Of a stretch of 64,000 nt of DNA, positions 1 to 12,656 are shown one piece after another; the stretch's first letter is position 1, and each line of letters opens with the position of its first letter. The notes under the pieces are model-generated. The model made no database searches and was not told where the DNA came from. It saw only the letters and a program-made list of their open reading frames with translations. The DNA is from Oscillospiraceae bacterium (GTDB lineage: Bacteria > Bacillota > Clostridia > Oscillospirales > Acutalibacteraceae). The DNA lies in assembly GCA_022508845.1 (NCBI GenBank), contig JAFLUL010000001.1, positions 5,699-69,698 of the forward strand, written 5' to 3'. The translations under genes and the position numbers were made by a program.

Positions 1-2
1 CT

Positions 3-695
3 ATGCTTACAGAAATCGCCGGTGAATCAGTCTATAAATCTCCAACTGATATGGGCGTTAATATGGCGGGGCTTTGCATCGTTGATGATGAGGCCGTTTC
101 AGCCGCCGCAAAGGAAGAAATAATCCGCCGCTATTATGAGGCTGCCTGCCTTTCAAAGCTCGGTATGGGCGATGCCGCGGTTGTTTACAGAATAGAGCTG
201 CTCATGAATCAGCTCGGCATTTCGGTTGAGGACAGAAAAACCGTTAAGGCGGCTCTCAGCAAGGCTGAGGAGACGGGCGAGCCTGCCTGCGCAATAGAGC
301 TTTCGGACGGTAAGATAATAACCGGAAAAACCTCCGACCTGCTCGGTTCATCCTCCGCAATGCTCATAAACGTTCTTAAAAAGCTCGCGGGAATACCGGA
401 CGAAATCGAGCTTCTCTCCCGCGCTGTCATAGAGCCTATTCAGGAATTAAAGATAAAGAATATGGGCAACCGCAATCCGCGCCTCCATACCGATGAGGTT
501 TTAATTGCCCTTTCCATATGCGCGGCAACAAATCCTGTTGCGAAAAAAGCGCTTGAGCAGCTCCCTAAGCTTAAGGGGCTTGAGGCGCATTCTTCGGTTA
601 TTCTTTCGTCAACCGACTCTCAGACATTTAAAAAGCTTGGGGTACATATGACAAACGAGCCTTCAAGCGAAACCAAAAAGCTGTATCATAAATAA
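3..695 (+). CDS. DUF1846 / UPF0371 family protein, C-terminal part (5' end outside window)
   Basis: ORF is open from the window edge. The translated sequence resembles the conserved UPF0371 family as I remember it. Stop TAA at 693-695. Confidence 0.7.
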   Translation: MLTEIAGESVYKSPTDMGVNMAGLCIVDDEAVSAAAKEEIIRRYYEAACLSKLGMGDAAVVYRIELLMNQLGISVEDRKTVKAALSKAEETGEPACAIELSDGKIITGKTSDLLGSSSAMLINVLKKLAGIPDEIELLSRAVIEPIQELKIKNMGNRNPRLHTDEVLIALSICAATNPVAKKALEQLPKLKGLEAHSSVILSSTDSQTFKKLGVHMTNEPSSETKKLYHK

Positions 696-792
696 TTCGG
701 AATGCGGAATGCAAAATTCGGAATAAAGTGAACCTGCAAAATACGGTTAAAAATCGCTTGCGATTTCCCCGAAATTCCGAATTTCTGATTCC
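694..792. repeat. Long imperfect hairpin element (AATTCGGAAT-type arms, conserved 26-nt core at 749-774)
   Basis: Left arm aattcggaatgcggaatgcaaaattcggaat pairs with right arm gaaattccgaatttctgattcc. The core AAAAATCGCTTGCGATTTCCCCGAAA recurs at 22065, 46931 and, inverted, at 26587. Confidence 0.7.
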
Positions 793-834
793 TGCTTGCG
801 AATTGGTAAGTATATACATAGGCGGGTTAGTTTT

Positions 835-1323
835 ATGAAAAACGAAAAAACTAAAGGAAAAGCTTCCTCCGGTATCTCAAAGGCTTTGTTTATTTTCTGG
901 CAATGGACTTGGGGACTGAGCGTAAATTTAATCGGACTGATAATTTATCTGCTCCTGTATACAAAGTGCCGTCACGAGCGTTTTGAAAACGCGTATATAT
1001 CATATGTTCCGTGGAACAAGGGCGGTCTTTCGCTCGGGCTTTTCATATTTATGGCTGACAGCGGAAAAGAGCCGTGGACCTATAACACCCGTATCCACGA
1101 ATACGGCCACACTATCCAGTGCCTTCTTTTGGGGCCGCTTTATTGGCTCGTTATTGCAATACCGTCCTCAGTATGGTGCAACTTTTTTGAGGGCTACCGC
1201 AAGAAAAACGATGTCTCCTACTACGCTCTTTACTGCGAGAGTTGGGCAAACAAATGGGGAGAAAGGTGGAGCAGGCTTAAACGCAAAGCCGCCGACGGCG
1301 CGAAAGGAAAAACTAATGGATAA
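835..1323 (+). CDS. Small membrane protein with HExxH-like motif (HEYGH)
   Basis: ATG at 835 is in frame with track ORF 796..1323. Hydrophobic segments and the motif RIHEYGHTIQ are present. No family recognised. Confidence 0.55.
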   Translation: MKNEKTKGKASSGISKALFIFWQWTWGLSVNLIGLIIYLLLYTKCRHERFENAYISYVPWNKGGLSLGLFIFMADSGKEPWTYNTRIHEYGHTIQCLLLGPLYWLVIAIPSSVWCNFFEGYRKKNDVSYYALYCESWANKWGERWSRLKRKAADGAKGKTNG

Positions 1324-2707
1324 GAGAATAAACGAATATCTTCAATCAAAAAAAGATGAATTCATCTCCGATTTGAGAAGGCTTGTTGAAATAAACAGCG
1401 TAAGAACCAACGAAAAAGAGGGTATGCCCTTCGGAGAGGGCGGGGCTGAGGCTCTTAAAGAGGCCGCTGCCATCCTCTGCGAACACAGCTACACACCGAC
1501 AAATTTTGATAACTACGCGCTTGAGGCTGATTTCGGAAACGCTCCCGAAATGATGCTTCTCGCTCATTTGGACGTTGTTCCCGAGGGCGACGGCTGGACG
1601 AAGGATCCTTATAAGCTCACTCTTGAGGGCGATATAGCCTATGGCAGAGGAACAACCGATGATAAGGGAGCCGCAGTGGCCTGTCTTTATGCCCTTGACG
1701 CTCTGAGGGCAATTTACGGTAATCCGAAAACGGGCGTAAGGCTTGTTTTGGGCAGCGGCGAGGAAACGGGAAGCGAGGATATGGATCACTATTTCTCCAA
1801 ACGCCCCGCACTAAAATACACCCTTTCCCCCGATGCCGATTATCCTTTAATAAACATTGAAAAAGGCAGGTTTGCCCCGTTTTTTAAGAGAACCGTTAAA
1901 AATGAGGGTTCCGTAAAACTTATAAGCTTTGATGGCGGAGACACTCAGAATATAGTTCCCTCAAAAGCAAGCGCGCTTGTTGAGGGCATTTCCGCGGCTG
2001 AAGTTAAGAGCATTGCCGAAAAAATCTCCGTTGAAACGAAGGCAGAGTTTATTTTGGAAGAAACCGCCTCGGGCGTTCTTATAAAGGCAAACGGAGTATC
2101 CGCTCACGCCGCTTCCCCCGAAAAGGGAAACAATGCTCAAACGGCTCTCATAAGGCTGCTTGCCGCAATGCCGCTTGAGGGCGAAACAAAGCAGGCGCTT
2201 TGCTCTCTTGACGAGGTTTTCCCCCACGGCGAAACAAACGGCGAAAACGCAAATCTTAAGCTCTGTGACAGCGTATCGGGCAGCCTTACTCTCAATTTCG
2301 GAGTGATGAGCTTTAACGGCAGCGAGTTTTTGTGCGGAACGGATTTGAGATGTCCGATATTAGCGGACAGTATGGACATAAAGGGTATTTTCGCCGAAAA
2401 GCTCTCCGAATGCGGTTTTACCTATGTAGGCTCCCCCGAATTCAGAAAGGCGCATTATGTTTCCGAAGACAGCGAGCTTGTTAAAACCTGCCTCAGGGTG
2501 TATGAGGAATTCACGGGAAATAAGGGAGAATGTCTTGCTATCGGCGGCGGCACCTACGTTCACGATATCGATGGCGGAATAGCCTTCGGAATTGAATTCC
2601 CCGGAAGGGATTACCGCATCCACGGTGCGGATGAATATGCAGATATTAACGAGCTGCTTTTAACCGCCGAAATGTATGCCGCGGTTATAAAAGAGCTCTG
2701 TTATTAA
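1316..2707 (+). CDS. pepV: M20 family dipeptidase (PepV / Sapep-like)
   Basis: Internal ATG at 1316 (MDKRINEYL...) in track ORF 983..2707. M20 hallmarks seen: LLAHLDVVPEGDGW, GRGTTDDKG, GSGEETGSEDM. Confidence 0.85.
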   Translation: MDKRINEYLQSKKDEFISDLRRLVEINSVRTNEKEGMPFGEGGAEALKEAAAILCEHSYTPTNFDNYALEADFGNAPEMMLLAHLDVVPEGDGWTKDPYKLTLEGDIAYGRGTTDDKGAAVACLYALDALRAIYGNPKTGVRLVLGSGEETGSEDMDHYFSKRPALKYTLSPDADYPLINIEKGRFAPFFKRTVKNEGSVKLISFDGGDTQNIVPSKASALVEGISAAEVKSIAEKISVETKAEFILEETASGVLIKANGVSAHAASPEKGNNAQTALIRLLAAMPLEGETKQALCSLDEVFPHGETNGENANLKLCDSVSGSLTLNFGVMSFNGSEFLCGTDLRCPILADSMDIKGIFAEKLSECGFTYVGSPEFRKAHYVSEDSELVKTCLRVYEEFTGNKGECLAIGGGTYVHDIDGGIAFGIEFPGRDYRIHGADEYADINELLLTAEMYAAVIKELCY

Positions 2708-2716
2708 GGAAAAGAT

Positions 2717-3910
2717 ATGAAAGCGGAATTATTGGCTCCCGCCGGAACGCTCGAATGCGTTAAAACCGCCCTTTATTTCGGCGCGGATGCTGTTTATTGC
2801 GGCGGCCCTCTGCTGCAGCTCAGAGCTGAGAGCAGCGCTTTGAGCTTTGATGAGATTGAATTTGCTGCTTCTCTTTGCCATAAAATGGGCAAAAAGCTCT
2901 ATATTACGGTGAACTGCTTTGCCGAAAACGGCGAAATACCGCAGCTTAAGGACTATGCTTCGCGTCTTAAGGAAATAGGCGCGGATGCGCTCATAGTTTC
3001 CGATTTGGGGGCTATTGCCGAGCTGAGGGAAAAATGTCCCGAAATGGATATTCACGTCAGCACACAGGCAAACACTATGAACTATCGCACGGTAAATTTT
3101 TACCGCGATATGGGAGTTAAAAGAGTTGTTTTGGGGCGTGAGATGACCCTTAAACAAATAGAGGAGCTTAAAGGGCTTATCCACAGCGATATTGAGATAG
3201 AGGCGTTTGTTCACGGAGCTATGTGTATGGCGTATTCGGGCAGATGTCTTTTAAGCTCGTTTTTAACAAACCGCAGCGGCAACAGAGGCGAATGCTCTCA
3301 GCCATGCAGATGGAATTATTATCTGGTTGAAGAAAAGCGGGGGAATATGCATATCCCTGTTATTGAGGACGCCGGCGCAACGGCAATTCTCAGCTCAGCC
3401 GATCTCAAATGCATAGGCTTTCTCGACAGGCTCGAAAATGCCGGAGTTTGCTCCTTTAAGATAGAGGGCCGAATGAAATCTCCCTATTATGTTGCAACCG
3501 TTATAAACGCCTACCGCCAGTTTATGGACGGCAGAGCCGGGCTTAAAGTTTGCGAGGAGGAGCTGAACTGCGCAAGCCATCGCCCATATTCCTCGGGATT
3601 TTATTTCGGGGATGTAAAAAATGACCCGAATAACGACGGACTTTACAGGCGCACCTGCGATTTTATAGGAATAGTTTGCGGAAAAACCGAAAAAGACGAA
3701 TATATAATTGAAATGCGAAATAGATTTTCGGTGGGAGATGTTCTCGAAGTCCTATCGCCAAACAGCCTCGGAAGGTCGTTTAAGGTTGAATCGATAAGGG
3801 GAGAAAACGGCGAAAGCAAAAACGCGGCGGTGCTTGTTCAGGAAAAAATTGCTGTAAATTGCCCTTTTGAGCTTGAATCCGGAGATATACTCAGAAAAAG
3901 AATAGTATAA
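2717..3910 (+). CDS. U32 family peptidase (collagenase-like / RNA hydroxylation family)
   Basis: N-terminus MKAELLAPAG...AL.FGADAVY and the Cys-rich region GNRGECSQPCRW are typical of U32 proteins. Confidence 0.8.
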   Translation: MKAELLAPAGTLECVKTALYFGADAVYCGGPLLQLRAESSALSFDEIEFAASLCHKMGKKLYITVNCFAENGEIPQLKDYASRLKEIGADALIVSDLGAIAELREKCPEMDIHVSTQANTMNYRTVNFYRDMGVKRVVLGREMTLKQIEELKGLIHSDIEIEAFVHGAMCMAYSGRCLLSSFLTNRSGNRGECSQPCRWNYYLVEEKRGNMHIPVIEDAGATAILSSADLKCIGFLDRLENAGVCSFKIEGRMKSPYYVATVINAYRQFMDGRAGLKVCEEELNCASHRPYSSGFYFGDVKNDPNNDGLYRRTCDFIGIVCGKTEKDEYIIEMRNRFSVGDVLEVLSPNSLGRSFKVESIRGENGESKNAAVLVQEKIAVNCPFELESGDILRKRIV

Positions 3911-3924
3911 TTGTTTATTGCTTA

Positions 3925-3953
3925 TTGACAAAATTCGAGTTGTTTAGTATAAT
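3925..3953 (+). promoter_or_regulatory. Sigma-A type promoter (TTGACA-17-TATAAT)
   Basis: TTGACA at 3925-3930, 17-nt spacer, TATAAT at 3948-3953, about 55 nt upstream of ATG 4007. Confidence 0.55.
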
Positions 3954-4006
3954 ATTTTTAGCTTTTTGCATTATCAGCAAGAATCAATCCTTCAGGAGGA
4001 GTTTTT

Positions 4007-4594
4007 ATGTTCGTTATTTATTTTCTTTATCAGGGGATAATCATTCCCGTAATTATCGCCGCTCTCTGCGGTGCCGCCGCTGCAACAGTTTTCTTTGTTG
4101 TCAAAAATAAGAAAAACGGCAGCGATAAGCTTTCAAAGAAGCAGACCTTAGTTCAGGGAATCCGCAATAATGTCGATGATTTCTCAGGAATGTTTGAATC
4201 GGTTAACAGCGTTGCCGAGGGTAAAAACAAAAAGCAGACCGCTGTTTTCGCCGCGTGGAACGAAAAGGTTCAGGCAAGCGAAGAGGATAACGGCTATAAA
4301 GCTCTTTTCCAGAAGCAATTCGGTTCATATGAGAGCTGGGGCAAGGGCAAAAAGAAGCTCAAGGTTAAAAAGGCAAATAAAATATATAAGAAAAAGGCCA
4401 AAAAGCTGCTTAAGCTCTTCAAAAAGGCGGGTATCATCCGCGCTGAGGATATTTATGAGATCGGCAGCGAAACAACAGCCGAAAAATATAACTATATCGG
4501 CGCCGAGTCAATAGAGGCCGATGCAAACTATGACGTTCTCGCACCCTACTGGAGCTGCGGCGATAAAATCGTTGATAAAGGCGTTATAAGATAA
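4007..4594 (+). CDS. Hypothetical protein, N-terminal TM helix, Lys-rich middle
   Basis: RBS aggagg lies upstream of ATG 4007. Own promoter and own terminator. No recognisable family. Confidence 0.6.
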   Translation: MFVIYFLYQGIIIPVIIAALCGAAAATVFFVVKNKKNGSDKLSKKQTLVQGIRNNVDDFSGMFESVNSVAEGKNKKQTAVFAAWNEKVQASEEDNGYKALFQKQFGSYESWGKGKKKLKVKKANKIYKKKAKKLLKLFKKAGIIRAEDIYEIGSETTAEKYNYIGAESIEADANYDVLAPYWSCGDKIVDKGVIR

Positions 4595-4614
4595 ATCCAT
4601 ACTTATAAAATCAT

Positions 4615-4650
4615 ATCCGTATCGTTTTTTCGCGGTACGGATTTTTTGTT
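4615..4650 (+). terminator. Rho-independent terminator
   Basis: Hairpin atccgta...tacggat followed by a T-run. Confidence 0.6.
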
Positions 4651-4669
4651 TTTTTGCGACCAAAAAAAC

Positions 4670-4698
4670 TTGACCGTGCAGATTTAGAATGGTATAAT
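4670..4698 (+). promoter_or_regulatory. Sigma-A type promoter of the V-ATPase operon (TTGACC-17-TATAAT)
   Basis: TTGACC at 4670-4675, 17-nt spacer, TATAAT at 4693-4698, about 30 nt before ATG 4730. Confidence 0.6.
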
Positions 4699-4729
4699 TA
4701 GTTGATATATGTTATAAGAGGGTGAATAT

Positions 4730-5047
4730 ATGCCGTCTGATATAATGAAAAAAGTTGTTGAGGCAGAAAAGGGTTGCGATGAAAAAAAAGCCAAGGCCCG
4801 TGATGAGGCAAACGCCATCATAGCCGAAGCGGAAAAAAAGGCAGTTTCTATGATAAAAGAGGCTGAGGCATTCGCAAGAGCAAAATCAAAAATGATAATT
4901 GATAAAGCGCAAAGCGGCGCTCAGGAGAAAATCAGCGGAGGCAGCAGCGAAACTCTTTCCGAAATAGCTTCGCTTAAGGCTGCCGCAGGCGAAAAACAAG
5001 CTGATGCTTCCCGTCAGATAGCGCTCTATCTGCTGCAGCTGTCATAG
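4730..5047 (+). CDS. Small coiled-coil V-type ATPase peripheral-stalk subunit (G/H-like)
   Basis: First gene of the operon. Ala/Lys/Glu-rich helical 105-aa protein in the position taken by the small stalk subunit in ntp operons. Confidence 0.5.
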   Translation: MPSDIMKKVVEAEKGCDEKKAKARDEANAIIAEAEKKAVSMIKEAEAFARAKSKMIIDKAQSGAQEKISGGSSETLSEIASLKAAAGEKQADASRQIALYLLQLS

Positions 5048-5062
5048 GGGAGGTGAGCTGAT

Positions 5063-7596
<2,534 letters not shown>

Positions 7597-7600
7597 GTCT

Positions 7601-8173
7601 ATGTCCGGAGTTGAAAAAATCATCGCCCGGTTAAATGAAGAAACCGAGGCGCAGTGCAGAGATATAATAGCCCTCGCCGAGGAAAAGGCGGCTCAGATTA
7701 TCGGCCGCGCTCAGGCTCAGGGCAATGAGATGATAAGAAAGGCAGAGGATGAGGCTAAAAGAAAGGCGGCGCAGATAGATGCGACCGCCAATTCGACTGT
7801 TGTTTCAAACAACCGCAACAGTATTCTTGCTGCAAAGGTTGAGCTTATAAACAGCGTTCTTTCGGCTGCCGAAAAAAGTCTTCACGATTTAAGCATTGAA
7901 GCATATTTCAGCACCCTTGCCGGACTTGCCAAAAAAAATAAGCAGGAGGGGACCGGCGAAATGCTCTTATGCGAGCGCGACCTCAGAAGAATGCCCTCCG
8001 ATTTTATTGATAAGCTCGGCTTCGGCTTTACCGTAAGCCCTGTTCCCGCCGATATAGACGACGGATTTATACTTAAATACGGCGAGATAGAAATAAACTG
8101 CACGTTTGCCGCTCTTTTCAGAGCAAGCTCGCAGGAGCTTCAGGCAAGGGCAAATGAGCTTTTGTTCTCATAA
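7601..8173 (+). CDS. ntpE: V-type ATP synthase subunit E
   Basis: 190-aa protein with a long N-terminal helix (EKII..L.EEAE.....I...A) and a globular C-terminus. Operon position fits. Confidence 0.8.
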   Translation: MSGVEKIIARLNEETEAQCRDIIALAEEKAAQIIGRAQAQGNEMIRKAEDEAKRKAAQIDATANSTVVSNNRNSILAAKVELINSVLSAAEKSLHDLSIEAYFSTLAGLAKKNKQEGTGEMLLCERDLRRMPSDFIDKLGFGFTVSPVPADIDDGFILKYGEIEINCTFAALFRASSQELQARANELLFS

Positions 8174-8192
8174 CGGCGAAAGGACGGACTTT

Positions 8193-9158
8193 ATGAAAGA
8201 CACCGAATATGCCTATGCCGTTGCGAGAATAAGGGCAAATGAAACGAAACTTATTTCCGGGTCGGAGCTGAGCGCGGTTATTTCCGCCGCAGGGTATAAC
8301 GAATGCGTTCGCAGGCTCAAGGAAAAGGGCTATGAGATAGAAGGCTCTGATTATCTGAGCGCGCTCGAAAAAAAGCTCAGTAACACCTGGGAGCTTATAG
8401 AGAGCGTTCTGCCCGACAGGTCGCAGTTTAACAGCGTTCTTATTAAAAACGATTTTCATAATCTGAAGGTCGCACTGAAGGCTCTCGTTTCGGATAAGAG
8501 CGCCGACGGACTGTTTGCTTCTCCGTCCGTTTATTCTCCCGCTGAAATAAAAAAATACGTATTCTCCCGCGAAAACGAGTGTCTCCCCGAGGAGCTTCGT
8601 CATGCCGATCGCAGCGCCTACAGGATTTTAACAAAAACGGGATTTGCGGCTCTTTCGGACGCCGTTATAGACCGCGCAAGCCTTGAATGTTCGCTCGCTT
8701 TCGCAAAAAAAGCGGATAATGAGATAATGCTTAAATTTGCCGAGGCTAAAGCTGCGCTCACCGATATAAAGGTGCTCTATCGCTGCGTTTTAACGGGCAA
8801 GGCGAAGAGCTTTATGGAGAGAGCAGTGTGCGAATGCTCCTCTTTTTCAAAAAAAGATATAATTGAGGCCGCCGATGGCGGAAAGGAAGCTCTTTTTGAG
8901 TTTTTATCCCACACCCCCTTCAGCGGTGCTGCCGACGCCCTTAAGGAGAGCGCGTCCGAATTTGAAAAATATGTCGACGATATTTTAACGGATATTCTCT
9001 CGGTAGGAAAGAGCGAGGCGTTTGGCATAAGCGCGCTTCTCGGATATTATTTTGCGGTAAACACCGAGATTATGAATTTAAGAATAATTCTGTCGGGCAA
9101 GTTAAACGGTCTGCCTGACGGTGAAATAAGAGAGAGGATGAGAAAGCTGTATGTATAA
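8193..9158 (+). CDS. ntpC: V-type ATP synthase subunit C (d-type)
   Basis: ATG 8193 (MKDTEYAYAVARIRANE...) is in frame with track ORF 8106..9158. This is the typical N-terminus of bacterial V-type subunit C. Confidence 0.85.
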   Translation: MKDTEYAYAVARIRANETKLISGSELSAVISAAGYNECVRRLKEKGYEIEGSDYLSALEKKLSNTWELIESVLPDRSQFNSVLIKNDFHNLKVALKALVSDKSADGLFASPSVYSPAEIKKYVFSRENECLPEELRHADRSAYRILTKTGFAALSDAVIDRASLECSLAFAKKADNEIMLKFAEAKAALTDIKVLYRCVLTGKAKSFMERAVCECSSFSKKDIIEAADGGKEALFEFLSHTPFSGAADALKESASEFEKYVDDILTDILSVGKSEAFGISALLGYYFAVNTEIMNLRIILSGKLNGLPDGEIRERMRKLYV

Positions 9159-9462
9159 GCTCGGCGTTATAGGCGATAAAGACAGTATATACGGCTTTTC
9201 GTCTGTTGGACTTAGCGTGTTCTTCGCGGATACTCCCGCCGAGGGCACGAGGATATTAAGAGAGATAGCCGACGATTTCGCGGTTATATTTATAACCGAA
9301 AAGCTCGCTTCCTCAATGGAAACGGAGCTGCAGAGATATGCTTCCAGGCCGTGTCCTGCCGTGATACCCATTCCGGGCGTTGCGGGAAACACCGGCTTGG
9401 GACTGAAAAACGTGAGCTCGTTTGTTGAAAAGGCTGTCGGTTCCGATATATTGCCCGATTAA
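9151..9462 (+). CDS. V-type ATP synthase subunit F
   Basis: 103 aa, MYKLGVIGDKDSIYGF..VG. Overlaps the stop of the preceding gene. Confidence 0.85.
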   Translation: MYKLGVIGDKDSIYGFSSVGLSVFFADTPAEGTRILREIADDFAVIFITEKLASSMETELQRYASRPCPAVIPIPGVAGNTGLGLKNVSSFVEKAVGSDILPD

Positions 9463-9478
9463 GAGAGGTTGATGAATT

Positions 9479-11251
9479 TTGAGTATAGGAAAAATCGTTA
9501 AAGTGGCGGGCCCTCTTGTTATAGCCGAGGGTATGAGAGACGCCAATATGTTTGACGTTGTAAGGGTGTCCGAAAAACGCCTTATAGGAGAAATAATCGA
9601 AATGCACGGCGACAGAGCCTCGGTTCAGGTCTATGAGGAGACCTCGGGGCTTGGCACCGGCGAGAGAGTTGAATCCACCGGTATGCCCCTGAGCGTGGAG
9701 CTTGGTCCCGGACTGATAAAGGGAATTTTTGACGGTATTCAGCGTCCGCTTGAAAAAATAATGGAAAAGGCGGGCAACAATCTCACCAGAGGAATTGAAG
9801 TTCCCTCGCTTGACAGAGAAGCAAAATGGCATTTCTATCCAACTGCCAAACCCGGCGCAAAGCTTACGGGCGGCGATGAGGTTGGATATGTTAACGAGAC
9901 CGACGTTGTTAAGCATATAATTATGGTTCCCCCATCAGTTAATGGCGTTCTTGCCGAAATAAATGAGGGGGATTATACCGTTACGGATGAGATAGGCTTT
10001 ATTCAGAGCGAAAACGGCAAAAAAATTCCGCTCACCCTTATGCAGACCTGGCCTGTTCGCCGCGGCAGACCCTATAAAACAAAGCTCTCTCCCGATATGC
10101 CGCTTGTTACGGGACAAAGAGTTGTCGACGCTCTCTTCCCAATAGCAAAGGGCGGTGTTGCGGCAATTCCGGGGCCGTTCGGCAGCGGAAAAACGGTAAC
10201 GCAGCATCAGCTCGCAAAATGGGCTGAGGCGGATATAGTTGTTTATATCGGCTGCGGAGAACGCGGCAACGAAATGACGGATGTTTTAAACGAATTTCCC
10301 GAACTTATCGACCCCCACACCGGAAAATCGCTTATGGAGAGAACGGTTTTAATTGCCAACACCTCCGATATGCCTGTTGCTGCTCGGGAAGCTTCTATAT
10401 ATACAGGCATAACCATAGCTGAATATTTCAGAGATATGGGTTATAGCGTTGCGCTGATGGCAGATTCAACCTCCCGCTGGGCGGAGGCGCTCAGAGAAAT
10501 GTCGGGCCGACTTGAAGAGATGCCCGGAGAAGAGGGCTATCCAGCATACCTCGGCTCGCGTCTTGCTCAGTTTTATGAGCGCGCAGGTAGAGTTAAGGTT
10601 CTCGGAACCGGAGAAAAAGAGGCCTCCCTTTCGGTTATAGGCGCGGTATCGCCTCCCGGAGGAGATATTTCGGAGCCTGTTTCTCAGGCAACCCTTCGCA
10701 TTGTAAAGGTTTTCTGGGGGCTTGATTCCTCGCTTGCGTATAAACGTCATTTCCCGGCCATTAACTGGCTGACTTCATATTCCCTTTATGCCGACAGCCT
10801 TGGCAAGTGGTTTAACGAAAACGTTGCATCCGGTTGGACTGAAAGCAGAAGCCGCCTTATGGCGCTGCTCTCGGAGGAAGCAAGCCTTGAAGAGATAGTT
10901 AAGCTCGTTGGTATGGACGCTCTTTCTCCCTCTGACCGCCTTAAAATGGAGGCAGCAAGAAGCATAAGAGAGGATTTCCTCCATCAGCTCGCCTTCCACG
11001 AGGTTGATACCTATTCATCGCTTAAAAAGCAGTATCTTATGATGCAGCTTGTTTTAATGTATTACGACAGATGTTTTGACGCGCTGAACATCGGTGCGGA
11101 TATAGAAAAGCTCGCTTCTCTTCCCTCAAGGGAGGATATAGGCCGCTTTAAGTATGTACCCGAAACGGATATTGACGCCGAATATAAGAGAGTTTCCGCT
11201 CTGCTTTACGAGCAGATAGAGGAAGTTGCCTCTCAGAAGGAGGAATTCTGA
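9479..11251 (+). CDS. ntpA: V-type ATP synthase subunit A (catalytic)
   Basis: Walker A GPFGSGKT. Also [14 protein letters not shown] and [30 protein letters not shown] start. Confidence 0.95.
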   Translation: MSIGKIVKVAGPLVIAEGMRDANMFDVVRVSEKRLIGEIIEMHGDRASVQVYEETSGLGTGERVESTGMPLSVELGPGLIKGIFDGIQRPLEKIMEKAGNNLTRGIEVPSLDREAKWHFYPTAKPGAKLTGGDEVGYVNETDVVKHIIMVPPSVNGVLAEINEGDYTVTDEIGFIQSENGKKIPLTLMQTWPVRRGRPYKTKLSPDMPLVTGQRVVDALFPIAKGGVAAIPGPFGSGKTVTQHQLAKWAEADIVVYIGCGERGNEMTDVLNEFPELIDPHTGKSLMERTVLIANTSDMPVAAREASIYTGITIAEYFRDMGYSVALMADSTSRWAEALREMSGRLEEMPGEEGYPAYLGSRLAQFYERAGRVKVLGTGEKEASLSVIGAVSPPGGDISEPVSQATLRIVKVFWGLDSSLAYKRHFPAINWLTSYSLYADSLGKWFNENVASGWTESRSRLMALLSEEASLEEIVKLVGMDALSPSDRLKMEAARSIREDFLHQLAFHEVDTYSSLKKQYLMMQLVLMYYDRCFDALNIGADIEKLASLPSREDIGRFKYVPETDIDAEYKRVSALLYEQIEEVASQKEEF

Positions 11252-12624
11252 TGCCTAAGGAATACAGAACTTTGCAGGAGGTCGCCGGTCCTCTTATGCT
11301 CGTTAGAGATGTTGAGGGCGTTAAATATGAGGAGCTGGGCGAAATTGAGCTTGCAAACGGCGAAACAAGGCGCTGCAGGGTGCTTGAGATAGACGGAACT
11401 AACGCTTTGGTTCAGCTCTTTGAAAACTCCCAGGGAATAAACCTCTCCAGCAGCAAGGTGAGATTTTTGGGACGGCAGATGGAGCTTGGCGTTTCGCCCG
11501 ATATGCTCGGAAGAGTTTTTGACGGTCTCGGCAGACCCATAGACGGCGGCCCAGAGCTCATTCCTGAAAAGCGAATGGACGTAAACGGAACTCCTATGAA
11601 CCCCGCCGCAAGAAGCTATCCGCAGGAATTCATTCAAACCGGCGTTTCGGCGATAGACGGACTGAACACCCTTGTAAGAGGGCAGAAGCTTCCCATTTTC
11701 TCCGCCTCCGGTTTGCCTCACGCTCAGCTTGCCGCTCAGATAGCGCGCCAGGCAAAGGTAAGAGGAACAACTGAACCCTTCGCCGTTGTTTTTGCCGCAA
11801 TGGGAATAACATTTGAGGAATCAAACTTCTTTGTTGAATCCTTTAAAGAGACGGGAGCTCTCGAGCGTACCGTAATGTTTACCAATCTTGCAAACGACCC
11901 CGCCGTTGAGCGTATCGCCACCCCCAAAATGGCTCTCACCGCAGCCGAGTATCTCGCGTTTGACCTCGGAATGCATGTGCTTGTTATTTTAACGGACATA
12001 ACGAACTATGCGGACGCTCTCCGCGAAATCTCTGCCGCACGAAAAGAGGTTCCCGGCAGACGCGGCTACCCCGGATATATGTATACCGACCTCGCTTCAA
12101 TCTATGAGCGCGCAGGCCGCCAAAAGGGGAAATCCGGCAGTATAACGATGATACCCATTCTCTCAATGCCCGAGGATGATAAAACTCACCCCATCCCCGA
12201 CCTTACCGGCTATATAACCGAAGGACAGATAATTCTTTCTCGTGAGCTGCACCGCCGCTCGGTAACTCCTCCCGTGGACGTTCTTCCGTCATTATCCCGT
12301 CTTAAGGATAAGGGTATCGGCGAGGGCAAAACCAGAGAGGACCATTCAAACACAATGAACCAGCTTTTCTCTGCCTACGCCAGAGGAAAGGACGCAAAGG
12401 AGCTGATGGTTATTCTCGGCGAAGCCGCTCTAACGGATACAGATAAGCTCTATGCCAAATTTGCCGACGCCTTTGAGCAGGAATATGTTTCTCAGGGCAG
12501 CTATACCGACCGCAGCATTGAAGAAACCCTCGATATTGGCTGGCGCCTTCTCAAGATCCTCCCCAGAAGCGAACTCAAACGTATCTCAAATAAACTTCTT
12601 GAAAAATACTACGACAAAGCTTAA
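11251..12624 (+). CDS. ntpB: V-type ATP synthase subunit B
   Basis: ATG overlaps the TGA of ntpA (TGATG). Conserved blocks seen: [31 protein letters not shown] and [26 protein letters not shown]. Confidence 0.95.
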   Translation: MPKEYRTLQEVAGPLMLVRDVEGVKYEELGEIELANGETRRCRVLEIDGTNALVQLFENSQGINLSSSKVRFLGRQMELGVSPDMLGRVFDGLGRPIDGGPELIPEKRMDVNGTPMNPAARSYPQEFIQTGVSAIDGLNTLVRGQKLPIFSASGLPHAQLAAQIARQAKVRGTTEPFAVVFAAMGITFEESNFFVESFKETGALERTVMFTNLANDPAVERIATPKMALTAAEYLAFDLGMHVLVILTDITNYADALREISAARKEVPGRRGYPGYMYTDLASIYERAGRQKGKSGSITMIPILSMPEDDKTHPIPDLTGYITEGQIILSRELHRRSVTPPVDVLPSLSRLKDKGIGEGKTREDHSNTMNQLFSAYARGKDAKELMVILGEAALTDTDKLYAKFADAFEQEYVSQGSYTDRSIEETLDIGWRLLKILPRSELKRISNKLLEKYYDKA

Positions 12625-12656
12625 TTCGTAATTCGTAATTCGTAATTCGGAATTAT
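12625..12656. repeat. Tandem heptamer repeat (AATTCGT)n, left arm of the element enclosing the four-helix-bundle ORF
   Basis: ttcgtaattcgtaattcgtaattcggaatt lies directly after the ntpB stop. It is an imperfect inverted partner of 13011-13045. Confidence 0.75.

Noticed and set aside
983-1315. N-terminal 111-aa extension of the dipeptidase ORF (track ORF 983..2707).
   Set aside because: It overlaps the membrane-protein gene in another frame. The M20 homology begins at MDKRINEY (ATG 1316).
4170-4514. 114-aa Arg/Lys-rich ORF in an alternative frame of 4007..4594.
   Set aside because: It is a frame shadow of a Lys-rich (AAR-rich) coding region and has no RBS.
9290-9916. 208-aa minus-strand ORF. 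Other antisense ORFs inside the V-ATPase genes (for example 11233..11721 and 8118..8603) are the same kind of case.
   Set aside because: They are antisense to highly conserved ATPase subunits and have Arg/Ser/Leu-rich composition typical of shadow ORFs.
12625-12656. Short tandem repeats that might suggest a CRISPR array.
   Set aside because: The 7-nt units have no spacers and no larger repeat-spacer periodicity. No CRISPR-like array is present anywhere in the window.
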